Shown here one piece after another: positions 7,526-17,727 of a stretch of DNA of 64,000 nucleotides. Origin of the DNA: an uncultured virus (IMG/VR IMGVR_UViG_3300032266_000815) (taxonomy: Duplodnaviria; Heunggongvirae; Uroviricota; Caudoviricetes); IMG/VR virus record IMGVR_UViG_3300032266_000815; one strand, written 5' to 3'. A model generated the notes under the pieces. That model was given only the letters and a program-made list of their open reading frames with translations, was not told where the DNA came from and made no database searches. Made by a program: the position numbers and the translations under genes. Position 1 is the first letter of the stretch, and every line of letters begins with the position of its first letter.

Positions 7526-8710
7526 TCATAACTTAAATCCAGCAAATGTATCTTTCTTCATATCCTGCTTAATACCTCCAACCAAATACGAAGTAATTTC
7601 GGTTTCTTGTGGAGCAACTTGTACTGACTTGGAATTAATCCAATGCTCGGTCCAAGGAAGAGGATTATTCTTTGATGTAATATCATATTCTGGTTTCATA
7701 CCAATTGCCTTCATACGACGATTTGCAATCCACTCAACATAGTTTCCAAGTAGTTTATCATTCAAACCAATCATAGAACCATCTTTGAACAAATACTCTG
7801 CCCACATTTTTTCTTCATCTACGCAAGTTTTAAATGCGTATCTTACCCACTCTTGCTCTTCTTTAGCAATTTGCTGCATTTCTGGATCATCCCCTTCACG
7901 CCATTTGTTGAGGATGTTCTGAGTGAGGACAAGATGCTGATTTTCGTCTCTTGCGATGAGAGAGATAATCTTAGCTGATCCTTCCATGAGTTTGAGTTCA
8001 CCAAATGCAAAGCTGCAAGCAAACGAAACATAAAATCTAATCCCCTCTAAAATATTTACATTAGCAACAGCACGATAAAGTTTTCTCTTTAAATCAATTC
8101 TTGCATCAGTTCCATAAGGAACTCCCTCATTTGCGAACTCCCATATATTTGAAGTTCCATAAGTATGTGCAGAATTGATAAAATCGTCATAAGCACCAGT
8201 TACTGATGATGCTCTTTCTAAAATTTTTTCATTATTCAAAATCGTATCAAATACTTCTGAAGGATCCGAATAAACATTTTTGATAATATATGTATAAGAT
8301 CTGGAGTGTATCATCTCCATAAATCCCCATACAGTCATACACGCTTCAAGTTCAGGAAGAGAACAATAAGGTATAAATGCCATACCAGGTCCTCTACCTT
8401 GTACTGAGTCCAATAGAATTTGATACTTTAAGTTAGACGTAAAGATGTGTTTTTGTTCTGGTCTTAGAGTTTGATAATCAGCACGATCTTTTTGAAGTGA
8501 AATTTCTTCCGGTCTCCAAAAAAATCCTAGTTGTTGTTGAGTTAGCTTGTCAAAAATTGGATACTTATAGGAATCATATCTTTGAATTCCGAGAGGTTTT
8601 CCAAAAAACATTGGTTGTTTCTTGGAATCAACGTCATTGGTATTAAAGACGGTCATTCCTTTTAGCATTTTTGGTTCTTGCGAGTGAACTCTAAATCTTG
8701 CAACTTTCAC
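7526..8710 (-). CDS. nrdB: Ribonucleotide reductase class Ia beta subunit
   Basis: FFWRPEEI, EMIHSRSYT, LEGIRFYVSF, RDENQH, VAPQETEITSY. Confidence 0.97.
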   Translation of the reverse strand: MKVARFRVHSQEPKMLKGMTVFNTNDVDSKKQPMFFGKPLGIQRYDSYKYPIFDKLTQQQLGFFWRPEEISLQKDRADYQTLRPEQKHIFTSNLKYQILLDSVQGRGPGMAFIPYCSLPELEACMTVWGFMEMIHSRSYTYIIKNVYSDPSEVFDTILNNEKILERASSVTGAYDDFINSAHTYGTSNIWEFANEGVPYGTDARIDLKRKLYRAVANVNILEGIRFYVSFACSFAFGELKLMEGSAKIISLIARDENQHLVLTQNILNKWREGDDPEMQQIAKEEQEWVRYAFKTCVDEEKMWAEYLFKDGSMIGLNDKLLGNYVEWIANRRMKAIGMKPEYDITSKNNPLPWTEHWINSKSVQVAPQETEITSYLVGGIKQDMKKDTFAGFKL

Positions 8711-10990
8711 AATCTTCCTCTCCCTTTGAACTTAAAATTTCATTTACTAAGTCACTAATATTATTTACCTTTTCTTCTTTTGCTTCATCCGATTTACCAT
8801 CATAAGTATTTTGATAATATGATGTCTTCCAACCATATTTGTATGTGGTTAGAAAATCTTCTGCCATTACTGAAACTGGAACTTCATTGTCTGGATAGTT
8901 TTCCGGATTATATGACCAGTTTCCACTAATTGCTTGATCAAAGAACTTTTGCATAATGGCAACGACGTTGATATATCCAGTATTATTGGGCATATCCCAC
9001 AGAAGAGTATAATTATTCTTAAGTGATGCATATTGTGGAACAATTTGTTTCAATGGACCCTTCTTCGATTTCTTTACCGACAAATATCCACGAGGAGGTT
9101 CAATACCATTTGTAGCATTTGAGACCACAGAACTGGATTCAGAGGGCATCTGAGCAGATAATGTAGAATGCCTCAATCCATATTGTTCTATTAGATCACG
9201 AAGTTCTTCCCAATTATGCTGACAAGGAATTGAAGTAATTTTATCTACATCTTTCTTATAATGATCAATAGGAAGAAGACCTTGAGAATACTTAGTCCGA
9301 TTATAATACTCACAAGATCCTTTCTCTTGGGCAATCTTATTTGATGCTTTGAGAAGAAAATATTGAAAAGATTCAGAAAGTCCATGAACGGCATCCCAAG
9401 ATTCTTGAGAATCATAATTAAATCCAAGTTTAGCAAGATAATGGGCAAGACCAATAAAACCAACACCAAGAGAACGTCTTGCTTTTGTTGATTTTTCAGC
9501 AGCTAATACGGGATACTCTTGATAATCTATCAGTTCTTCAAGTCCACGAACAGAAAGTTCACACATTTCCTCAAACTCTTCATCATCTTTAATTTTTCCT
9601 ACATTTATAGCAGAAAGAATACAAAGTGCAATCTCACCATCACCATCAATATGTTCAACCGGATCTGTTGGTAGAGTGATTTCTTGACAAAGATTGCTCA
9701 TATTTACTTTATCAATAAAAGAACTATGAGAATTGCAGTGGTCAATATTCATAATGTAGATACGACCCGTTTCAGCACGTTCCTTGAGGAGATTGAGAAT
9801 AAGTTCCTGCGCCTTAACAGTTTTCTTTGGAATGGACGGATTGTTTTCGTATCCAATGTAGAGAGAATCAAACTCAATTGTTCCGAAAGAATCATAAAGT
9901 CCAGGAACATCATGCGGCGAGAATAATGCAATCTCGGCATCTTGAATAAATCTTTCATAGAATAACTTACTAATCTGAATAGAATAATCCAACTTACGGA
10001 CACGATTATCTTCCGTACCCTTGTTGTTCTTAAGGACTATAATATCTTGGATTTCTTGGTGCCAGATTGGGAAGTGGACGGTTGCCGAACCTCCACGAAT
10101 CCCATTTTGTGTGCAGCATCGTACAGTCGATTCAAACTTCTTAAGAAAAGGAATAACGCCAGTGTGGGCAACTTCTCCACCTCGGATCTTACTGTTGATT
10201 CCACGAATTCTACCTGCGTTAATGCCGATACCAGCCCTTTGTGCGACGTATCTGCCAATAGCCATATCACTACTAAAGATACTATCGAGGGAGTCATCAA
10301 CATCAACCAGAACACAAGATGCAAATTGACGAAGAGGTGTTCTGACCCCTGCCATGATTGGTGTTGGAATGTTGATTCTGTGCCTTGAGATTGCATTATA
10401 ATACTTACGAACGTAATCTAAACGAGTTTCCTTTGGGTATTTAGAAAAAATAGTTGCAGCAATCATCATGTACATGAACTGAGGAGTTTCATATACTTGA
10501 CCACTACTGCGATCTTGTACCAAATACTTATCTACAACCTGCCGAAGTCCAGCATAAGTAAAAAGATAATCTCTACTATGTTTAATATAAGTTCCGAGTT
10601 TATTGAGTTCATCTTCTGTATATACAGTTAGAATTTCCGAATCATAAACTCCAACATTAACGCAAGATTTGATATGTGTAAGAAACTCTGGATGTTCTTG
10701 CATTTTTCCGTAAAGTGATTTACGGACAGAGAATAGAAGCAATCTTGCTGCAACAAACTGATAGTTTGGATTATCCAAATCTATCAAATCTGATGCGGAA
10801 CGAATTAAAATCTCTTGTATTTCTGATGTAGTAATTCCATCATAAAACTGAATTCCTGATTGTATTTCTACTTGAGATGCAGAAACACCTGCAAGGTCTC
10901 TACATGCTTCTTCAACCATGATATGAAGTTTGTCGAGATCAAGATGTTCAATCTTGCCACCTCTTTTGATAACATTTGTATTGTTGCTCA
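8691..10990 (-). CDS. nrdA: Ribonucleotide reductase class Ia alpha subunit
   Basis: ATP cone, QFASCVL, SNLCQEI, TSYY, C-terminal CESC. Confidence 0.97.
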
Positions 10991-11989
10991 TACTCGTTTC
11001 CATCCGATAAGTTTTGCCTTTGCTTCTAATCCCATAAAAGTATTTCCCTTTATGATTTTTTCTACATCAAGTCCTTCTAATATCATATCATTAATATCCT
11101 TATATTTCAAGTCCTGTGGCCAAATCACCACGGGAAATTTCATATCAATTGTCTTTTCGACTCTTGCTATCATTTCTTTATTTCTTTTTTCATTATCATA
11201 AACAAATACAAATTCAACATCATAATGTTGAATAAAAAACATATAATCCATATCAGCACCAACCATAGCAATAGCATTATTTAAAAACATACTATCAAAA
11301 GGTCCTTCGACAATATAAACTGTCTTATTCCAATCAATTTTATCCCAACCAAAAATCTTTGGTTGATTTTCATCTAAAATAATTGTAATGTATTTAACCT
11401 TTGATGATTTACTTAAACTTCTACCTTGATATCCAAAAATTTCACCATTCTTTATTAAAGGAATGATAATTCTAGGTTCATCATATTGAACTGATTTAAA
11501 AGTCGGTTTTTGTGTATTTGTCCATTCTTTAAATTTTTCACAATAATACAACTCACATAGAAGTTTTTCTGGTATTTGTCTTTTTTCTAAATATGCTCTT
11601 GCTGGATGTTCTGTATTTAGTTCTGCTATAGTTTGAAGATTTAGACTTTTTTTCTTGAACGAAGGTTTTTCAAACTTAATATCTGGTTCTGGAGTATTTG
11701 ATCTTTTTCCAGTCAAACCACTCTTATACCTTTCCATCACATACTGATCATAAAGAACAGTATCAATATCTTTTAAAAAATTAGTAAAAGTTCGTGATAC
11801 GCCACAGTTATGACACTTAAAGTTATAATCATTCTTTATTTGATATAAGTATCCACGAGCTTTGCTCTTTTGTTTTTCAGAGTCACCGCAATAGTTACAA
11901 CGGAAATTATATAAACCTGATTTTTTCTTTGTAAATTTTTGAAGCCTGGATGAAACTAATGAAATATATTTTTCATCAATAAAACTCAT
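10988..11989 (-). CDS. g61: DNA primase (T4 gp61)
   Basis: FRCNYCGDS...CHNCG Zn finger, IVEGPFDS, YDNE, KDINDM. Confidence 0.95.
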   Translation of the reverse strand: MSFIDEKYISLVSSRLQKFTKKKSGLYNFRCNYCGDSEKQKSKARGYLYQIKNDYNFKCHNCGVSRTFTNFLKDIDTVLYDQYVMERYKSGLTGKRSNTPEPDIKFEKPSFKKKSLNLQTIAELNTEHPARAYLEKRQIPEKLLCELYYCEKFKEWTNTQKPTFKSVQYDEPRIIIPLIKNGEIFGYQGRSLSKSSKVKYITIILDENQPKIFGWDKIDWNKTVYIVEGPFDSMFLNNAIAMVGADMDYMFFIQHYDVEFVFVYDNEKRNKEMIARVEKTIDMKFPVVIWPQDLKYKDINDMILEGLDVEKIIKGNTFMGLEAKAKLIGWKRV

Positions 11990-12462
11990 TTTGTAATATT
12001 TTCGGGAGATGGAACATATCTGTGCTCCATCTTAACGCCCATTTCACTTGGTGTCAAGAGACCAGAAGCTAGTGTAGAAATTGCACCAGTAATTACAGCA
12101 GCAAATAATCCAACACCAACAGTCATCCATTTAATTTTTTTTATTTCTTCAACTTTTTTATCGATAGTATCCATTCTATCGTGACTTTTTTCTACAATTT
12201 CATCAATTCTATCACTTAAATCTACATCTTCTGCTTCTACTGTTTTTTTGAGATCATCAATCATTTTAATAATCACTTCATCAGATCTCATTGCTTGTTC
12301 CAGTCTTTCTTCATGAATAGCAAGCATTTTAGAAATTCCTTGACTTGTTTCACTAATGGCAAAAATTGCATCTTCAATTCTACTCATAACCTTCTCATAT
12401 ATGGAAACTTTTTCTTCGAGGACTGCAACTTTAGTGTCAGTCGATGTTCCTTGGTTAAACAT
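11986..12462 (-). CDS. Coiled-coil protein with C-terminal transmembrane helix
   Basis: Heptad-rich body; WMTVGVGLFAAVITGAISTLA. Confidence 0.7.
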   Translation of the reverse strand: MFNQGTSTDTKVAVLEEKVSIYEKVMSRIEDAIFAISETSQGISKMLAIHEERLEQAMRSDEVIIKMIDDLKKTVEAEDVDLSDRIDEIVEKSHDRMDTIDKKVEEIKKIKWMTVGVGLFAAVITGAISTLASGLLTPSEMGVKMEHRYVPSPENITK

Positions 12463-12676
12463 TTTTCTTTCTCCTAAAAATGTCTTTGTATAAAAGTGGT
12501 AATCTTTTATATTTTTTTTTTCTTAAATCAACTGGATCAACTGGTGGTTGATCTGGTGGTAAACCTGCAATATTTCCACTAGATGCATTATTAGTTAAAG
12601 CTCCAGTTCCTGCAATTCCTTCTTCACGAAGATTACGAATAATTTCAATAATTTTTAAAAGATTTTCTTCTTGCAT
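12455..12676 (-). CDS. Hypothetical protein
   Basis: ORF track; likely start MQEENLL. Confidence 0.65.
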   Translation of the reverse strand: MQEENLLKIIEIIRNLREEGIAGTGALTNNASSGNIAGLPPDQPPVDPVDLRKKKYKRLPLLYKDIFRRKKNV

Positions 12677-13047
12677 TAGATTTGATTTAATGTTTTGAGA
12701 CACTCAATATCAATTGGAATATCATGTATTGTAGATTTTGGGTATTCAGGTAATCTTCCCAAATACATAACAAACGTTTTTAAAACACTCCAAAGGTCTT
12801 TATTGATTTTATAAAATAACAAAGGTGTTGTAGCTTCACCAAATACATTATAAAGAACCATAAAATGATTAATAATCAAATGATTATTCAATTCTCCAGT
12901 ATTCTTATATTTGTTTAGAAGTCGTTTAATCCATTTAAATCTTTTCATATCCTCAAAAAAATCCTCTTGCGTAACTGCTTGAGGATTTTCATAATGTTTA
13001 ATTGCAAAGATTATATAATTCTCTTCATTCAATTCATCAAATTTCAT
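12676..13047 (-). CDS. Conserved T4-like phage hypothetical protein
   Basis: FAIKHYENP...FFEDMKRFKWIKRLL...LYNVFG pattern. Confidence 0.75.
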   Translation of the reverse strand: MKFDELNEENYIIFAIKHYENPQAVTQEDFFEDMKRFKWIKRLLNKYKNTGELNNHLIINHFMVLYNVFGEATTPLLFYKINKDLWSVLKTFVMYLGRLPEYPKSTIHDIPIDIECLKTLNQI

Positions 13048-13055
13048 GTTGTATA

Positions 13056-14090
13056 TTATCTAACAGTTAATGTAGTTGTTCCAAGACCAACAGCAGTTAC
13101 TCCATCTTTTTGTACAGAAAGATAAGTTCCAGCACCACCTACTTGACGAATGAGATCAGAAGTAAATGAACTTACAATACCAATGCCAGTTGCACCATCA
13201 GTACCAACACCAATAAATCCTCTGCTCATATCAATAAACATCTTTGTAGCATTTGTTCTTGTGCTGAATGTAACTCCAAGTCCTGCAGTAATTGTTGAAG
13301 CAATTGTACTTGCTGTTCCAATTTGAACAGAAGTAGTTCCAACAGCAACAACAGAAACATTTGTAAGTTTACCTGCTACGGTAAGGGAACTTCCAATAGA
13401 AACACCCGTTACTGAGTCAACAAAGATATTAGTTCCACCAATCGCAACAGTTTGTCCTGTTGTAGTTACTGATGTTGTGAATGGAACGTTTGCAGTCAAA
13501 ACTGAACTTGGTGATGTGAACGCAAATGCTACTCTATTTGTAATCTGACCGTTGTAATTTGTAAAAGCAGTTAATCCTCTGTCATTTACATAATTAACAA
13601 CTGCTACTCCAGGTGAAACTGATGCTGCTGTTGCAACAATTGCAGTGCTTTCATTTACATTATTAGCATCAAAGGTACGAATTCTAACTGTTGCTCCGGC
13701 AGAAACATAAACCAATTCATTATAAACAAGATGAACGTATCCAGTAGTATTAGTAGCAATACCAGTAGTTCCACCACCACCAACAGAGATTGGTGATGCC
13801 TTATTTGGATCTTCGAAGAAAACTGCCACTGGAGTAGAATTTCCGTGTCCTTTAGTACCTGCACCACTACCAGCAGTATTCAGACCAGCAACAGGAACTA
13901 AAACCTCATCATAATACCTGGTGCTAATTCCAGAGTTTTCAGAACTCTTGTAGTGTCTGTGTATCCATCCTCTACCATCAGCAAAAACATTATGCCCTGT
14001 AATGTTTTTGTCAACGATGTGCATAAACTTTGGAATGTTATAATTATTTGCCGCAGTTTCGGTTGTTGTTGAAATGCCCCAGAGTGCCAT
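13056..14090 (-). CDS. Putative virion structural protein
   Basis: MALWG start, Thr/Gly/Val-rich; TATAAATA at 14119-14126. Confidence 0.65.
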   Translation of the reverse strand: MALWGISTTTETAANNYNIPKFMHIVDKNITGHNVFADGRGWIHRHYKSSENSGISTRYYDEVLVPVAGLNTAGSGAGTKGHGNSTPVAVFFEDPNKASPISVGGGGTTGIATNTTGYVHLVYNELVYVSAGATVRIRTFDANNVNESTAIVATAASVSPGVAVVNYVNDRGLTAFTNYNGQITNRVAFAFTSPSSVLTANVPFTTSVTTTGQTVAIGGTNIFVDSVTGVSIGSSLTVAGKLTNVSVVAVGTTSVQIGTASTIASTITAGLGVTFSTRTNATKMFIDMSRGFIGVGTDGATGIGIVSSFTSDLIRQVGGAGTYLSVQKDGVTAVGLGTTTLTVR

Positions 14091-14118
14091 TCTTTTCTTC
14101 CGTAAGTTTTCCTAAAAG

Positions 14119-14152
14119 TATTTATAAAAAATGGGGAGTTGTTTACTCCCCA
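14119..14152 (-). terminator. Intrinsic terminator followed by late promoter
   Basis: TGGGGAGT-AAACA-ACTCCCCA, U-tract, TATAAATA. Confidence 0.8.
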
Positions 14153-14158
14153 ATAAAA

Positions 14159-14323
14159 CTATTTTTTATTGAGTGAATGTCGTAAAAAGTTGATTATAAC
14201 TTCATAAATAGCGGATTGTTTTATTTTTTTATTACCACCCAACCATTCAGAAATGGCAAGGCAAATGGCTAAAAAAAGAGTAAATCCGTAATTATAAAAA
14301 ACACAAGCTATTGCGGCTGTCAC
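14159..14323 (-). CDS. Small membrane protein (54 aa), possible holin-like
   Basis: Hand-translated MTAAIACVFYNYGFTLFLAICLAISEWLGGNKKIKQ...; GTG start overlapping the upstream TGA. Confidence 0.55.
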   Translation of the reverse strand: MTAAIACVFYNYGFTLFLAICLAISEWLGGNKKIKQSAIYEVIINFLRHSLNKK

Positions 14324-14484
14324 TTAAGAAGAGCAGCTTTAACTGTTGCAAAAATCACATTATCAATATCGTTATCAGTTGCTTTTACATACTTTTCCAT
14401 CAATTGAATGACAAGTTCCTTAACCTGACGTGAGTTTGCAGCCTGAAGAATAATAGGCTTTACGATTGCTATGATTGCTTTCAT
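14320..14484 (-). CDS. Small amphipathic hypothetical protein
   Basis: Likely start MKAIIAIVKP with GGAG RBS and ATAAATA upstream. Confidence 0.65.
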   Translation of the reverse strand: MKAIIAIVKPIILQAANSRQVKELVIQLMEKYVKATDNDIDNVIFATVKAALLK

Positions 14485-14608
14485 TTTTCTATCTCCGTGT
14501 TTATGTCCTGGATTATTTATTACTTTACAAGTTCTCAATTAAACTCCACCATATGCAAATATCCAAACACCACCAATAGCAGTTGAAGTTGAGAATAGTT
14601 CTATCATC

Positions 14609-16174
14609 CTAACACTTCCAACGTCTTCTTGCTGCTAATCCTCTTTCGCCCTTCCAACTTCTACTGCGGGAGCAAAAGTTTTTACGACGTTTTGCTGCTT
14701 TACTTCCTGGTTTTACATCACCAGTTACAGGTGCTTGAAGATGTGAACCAGTAGCACGATTATATTTATCCCTACCTTTTTTAGTAAGTCCACCACCTCT
14801 TTCCACTGAAAGTTTTTCACCTCTTCCGACCGATAATACTGGACCTTCTTCTTTTAGTTTAGTTTCACTTGCCATATAATCAGCAGCAGTATCAATATAA
14901 TCTGTTGCCTTTGAGATTTTAGATTGAACCCAGGCAGGAAGTTGTTGATTTGATGCCTTTATTTTTTTACGAAGTGATTTGATTGCTCTTTCCATCGTGG
15001 AAAGTTCATTATGAGCCATTCCACCTTCCTCATCTTTATATGCTTCTGCGTGAGTGCCAGGAACAGCAAGTTTCCCTTGTCTTTCTAAGGCAATTGTTTG
15101 CTTTGTGATTTGTTGAAGTTTTTGTTGAAGTGCTTGTTTCTTTTGTTGAAGCAACGTTTGATTTTTTGTTTGAACTTGTTGTTGTTGAATTTGTTGATTA
15201 TCTTGTTGGTCTACTGCTTCTTTAACTGAAGTTTCATTTGGATTGATGTCAATTTTATTTGTTGCATCTTTTGGCATCACATCAACAATTTTTTTCTTTT
15301 CTATTTTCCCCTTATTATTCTCAACTTCAATAATAAGTTCCTCTCTCCAGTTGGAATATTCTTCTCCTGTTAAGGTCTTATCAATTGCCCTAGTAATAGG
15401 TGTTCTTATCCCTCGGGACCCCGGCATCGACCTGGCATCACGAGGGGGGTGATTGGCAGTGAAGATTTTCCTGGCTTGCTGGGTAATAGGATAATTCCAC
15501 TTCCCTATGGTCGGCATTTTTGCAACAGGTTTTGAGAACACTGATGATGCTTGTGGGTTTGGTGCAGTTCCAGAAGTTCCAGAAGTTCCTGGTGTTGGTG
15601 GTTTGGGTATAGTTCCAGAAGTTCCTGGTGTTGTTGGTTTGGGGGCAGGAGGTCTTCCACCTAAAATTCCACCTATTCTAGGTTTCTTTTCTGGGATATT
15701 TGGTTTGTTTGGAGTTTGTGCTTCTGCATTTCTTGCTGCGTCTGCTTCTCTTTTTGCTGCTAATGCTTTTACACCGTGAAAAACAGCACCGCCAACTCCA
15801 GCAGCAGCAGAACCTACATTTCCAAGTACATTTGCGTAAGCAGTACCCTCTTTATCCTTATCAGAAATCTGTTGTGTTTTAATTCCCGAAATCGATGACT
15901 TTGCTGCATCTACGTGTTTCTGGACAGTTTGTTGTCTTAATCTTTCAAGTTCTGCTTGTTTGTTTTCTTCAGCATTTCGTACAACCCAATCAAAATGAGC
16001 CTTCTTTCGGTCTTCTCTTTGTTTTGCCAAATCTATAAATTCCTGTCTTTTTTTTGCCCTTTCATCCGCACTTATTTTTCTATTTTTCATTTTTTCATCA
16101 CGAAGTGCTGCTTCTCCTGCTCTTCTGATTTCAGCAGCAGTTGCTTCTTTTATGATTTCTTTCCAAGTTCTCAT
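14609..16174 (-). CDS. Modular late protein, putative capsid-internal polyprotein
   Basis: MRTWKEIIKE-A start; several unrelated modules separated by xxE sites; TATAAATA at 16202-16209. Confidence 0.7.
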   Translation of the reverse strand: MRTWKEIIKEATAAEIRRAGEAALRDEKMKNRKISADERAKKRQEFIDLAKQREDRKKAHFDWVVRNAEENKQAELERLRQQTVQKHVDAAKSSISGIKTQQISDKDKEGTAYANVLGNVGSAAAGVGGAVFHGVKALAAKREADAARNAEAQTPNKPNIPEKKPRIGGILGGRPPAPKPTTPGTSGTIPKPPTPGTSGTSGTAPNPQASSVFSKPVAKMPTIGKWNYPITQQARKIFTANHPPRDARSMPGSRGIRTPITRAIDKTLTGEEYSNWREELIIEVENNKGKIEKKKIVDVMPKDATNKIDINPNETSVKEAVDQQDNQQIQQQQVQTKNQTLLQQKKQALQQKLQQITKQTIALERQGKLAVPGTHAEAYKDEEGGMAHNELSTMERAIKSLRKKIKASNQQLPAWVQSKISKATDYIDTAADYMASETKLKEEGPVLSVGRGEKLSVERGGGLTKKGRDKYNRATGSHLQAPVTGDVKPGSKAAKRRKNFCSRSRSWKGERGLAARRRWKC

Positions 16175-16175
16175 T

Positions 16176-17369
16176 TTACTTAAGTACTTTTTTCCTATTG
16201 GTATTTATATTTTTCTTTGGTATGGTCGGTTTAATCTCTACATCTGTATATGAAACTACTGGCTGTCCTGGTGTGACTGATTGTGCATGTACTCTATAAG
16301 AACAAGTGCCAATCTCTTGTACTTCTCTCAAATCTTTTAACCAACTCTTAAACATTACTCCCTCATTCGTTACACATATCAAATGATTTGCTCCACGACG
16401 AAGTATTCTTCCAACCAATCCAGTATTTAAGTTTTCTACCAAACAACCAACATCAAATAAACCATTATTTTTATATTCCCACCTTAATCCATTAAAATCA
16501 AGTTCAGGAGCAATTTTCCAAAGTTCAGTATCTTCAGAAACCTTCATAGATTTCATTACAGTATTAAACATTTCTTGTTTTTCACTTATTCTCATCGATG
16601 GTGGTAATCCAGTCGAAAACTTTTCATAATCACCCATCGCAGCAGCAGTTCTCATCATCGCGGAAGAACCAGCACCTTCTATGTCACCATCTGGGTCTTT
16701 TATTCCAGAAGAAACAACTTCAATACTATTGAACTGATAATCCTGACCTTCACCCTTATGTGCTAAACTTTGAAACTCTCCAAGTCTATCTTGTCCGACT
16801 ACAATCACTACATCAGTATAACCATCATTATAAACAGAACCCAAAACATCAAAAATAGTTCGTATCTCATCACTATCCACAATATAATCAGCATACTTAG
16901 AAAACATCGATTTCATATAAGAAATCTTTAGTTGCGGATTGAGTGGATCTGAACTTCCATCTTGAATACGACTTGGATAAATGCGATATTCATATCCTCT
17001 TCTTGTTGCTTGACTATAACCTGCTCTTAATAATGCTTCGTGATTTTTAGATGGTGGATTAAATCTTCCAAGTAAAATTACAACACCATTTGGTTGCTGC
17101 TCTTGTTGTTGGTCTTGTGCTACTTGTGTTTGTTGTTGTGGTGATGTTTGTTGTTGTGGTATTGTTTGCTGCTGTGATGCCGTTGTTTGTTGTGCATCAG
17201 CACCACCTTGACCAAAATATTTTAACTTTCCATTAACTGTTTTTGCTACCAGTTTTCCTTGTTTGTCATAATAATCTCCGTGCCCATCCCCTACAAGACC
17301 CTTATTTTTTGCTTCGGTGGAGGCAAGGGTTTGTATAGCTTCTTTGATGAATTGAGCAAAAGTCTTCAT
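16176..17369 (-). CDS. Cytidylyltransferase-like (HxGH-family) nucleotidyltransferase with capsid-targeting-like N-terminus
   Basis: GRFNPPSKNH, VVGQDR, SSAMMR; N-terminus MKTFAQFIKE. Confidence 0.8.
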   Translation of the reverse strand: MKTFAQFIKEAIQTLASTEAKNKGLVGDGHGDYYDKQGKLVAKTVNGKLKYFGQGGADAQQTTASQQQTIPQQQTSPQQQTQVAQDQQQEQQPNGVVILLGRFNPPSKNHEALLRAGYSQATRRGYEYRIYPSRIQDGSSDPLNPQLKISYMKSMFSKYADYIVDSDEIRTIFDVLGSVYNDGYTDVVIVVGQDRLGEFQSLAHKGEGQDYQFNSIEVVSSGIKDPDGDIEGAGSSAMMRTAAAMGDYEKFSTGLPPSMRISEKQEMFNTVMKSMKVSEDTELWKIAPELDFNGLRWEYKNNGLFDVGCLVENLNTGLVGRILRRGANHLICVTNEGVMFKSWLKDLREVQEIGTCSYRVHAQSVTPGQPVVSYTDVEIKPTIPKKNINTNRKKVLK

Positions 17370-17406
17370 TTATGTAGTATTTTTAGTTATTTATTCTTAT
17401 TATTCA
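17365..17406. repeat. 42-bp direct repeat, copy 1 (stop codon, late promoter and ATG)
   Basis: TTCATTTATGTAGTATTTTTAGTTATTTATTCTTATTATTCA identical to 17723-17764. Confidence 0.95.
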
Positions 17407-17727
17407 CTTATTTTCTTCAAACTCATCTTCTACTTCTTTTCTTATATCTTTTTTTAATTGTTCATATTCTTTTTGATGTGCCCTTTCTTGTGCTTTACGT
17501 TCTGCTTTTCTTTGTGCATCAATCTGCATTTTTTTTACATTATCTTTAACTTGTGCTACTTGGGATTGTTGTCTTTCTATTGCTGCTTCTCTTTTCAAAT
17601 TGTAATTTCGAGAAGGAGATTCATTTGATTGATTTTTTTGTTGTTTTTTTATATTTTCACCATCTCTTAAGTTTTTATTTTTATTTTGAGAAGAAGAATC
17701 TTCGCAAAATTGTTGAAATGTTTTCAT
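17404..17727 (-). CDS. Small charged protein with capsid-targeting-like N-terminus
   Basis: MKTFQQFCE start; late promoter in the upstream repeat. Confidence 0.7.
   Translation of the reverse strand: MKTFQQFCEDSSSQNKNKNLRDGENIKKQQKNQSNESPSRNYNLKREAAIERQQSQVAQVKDNVKKMQIDAQRKAERKAQERAHQKEYEQLKKDIRKEVEDEFEENK

Noticed and set aside
7407..7529. 40-aa Lys-rich ORF after nrdB
   Set aside because: ATGA overlap is suggestive, but it is low-complexity and ends within the terminator; not enough support to list
15365..15517. Diversity-generating retroelement template/variable repeat pair
   Set aside because: Differences between the copies are not adenine-specific and there is no reverse transcriptase in the window
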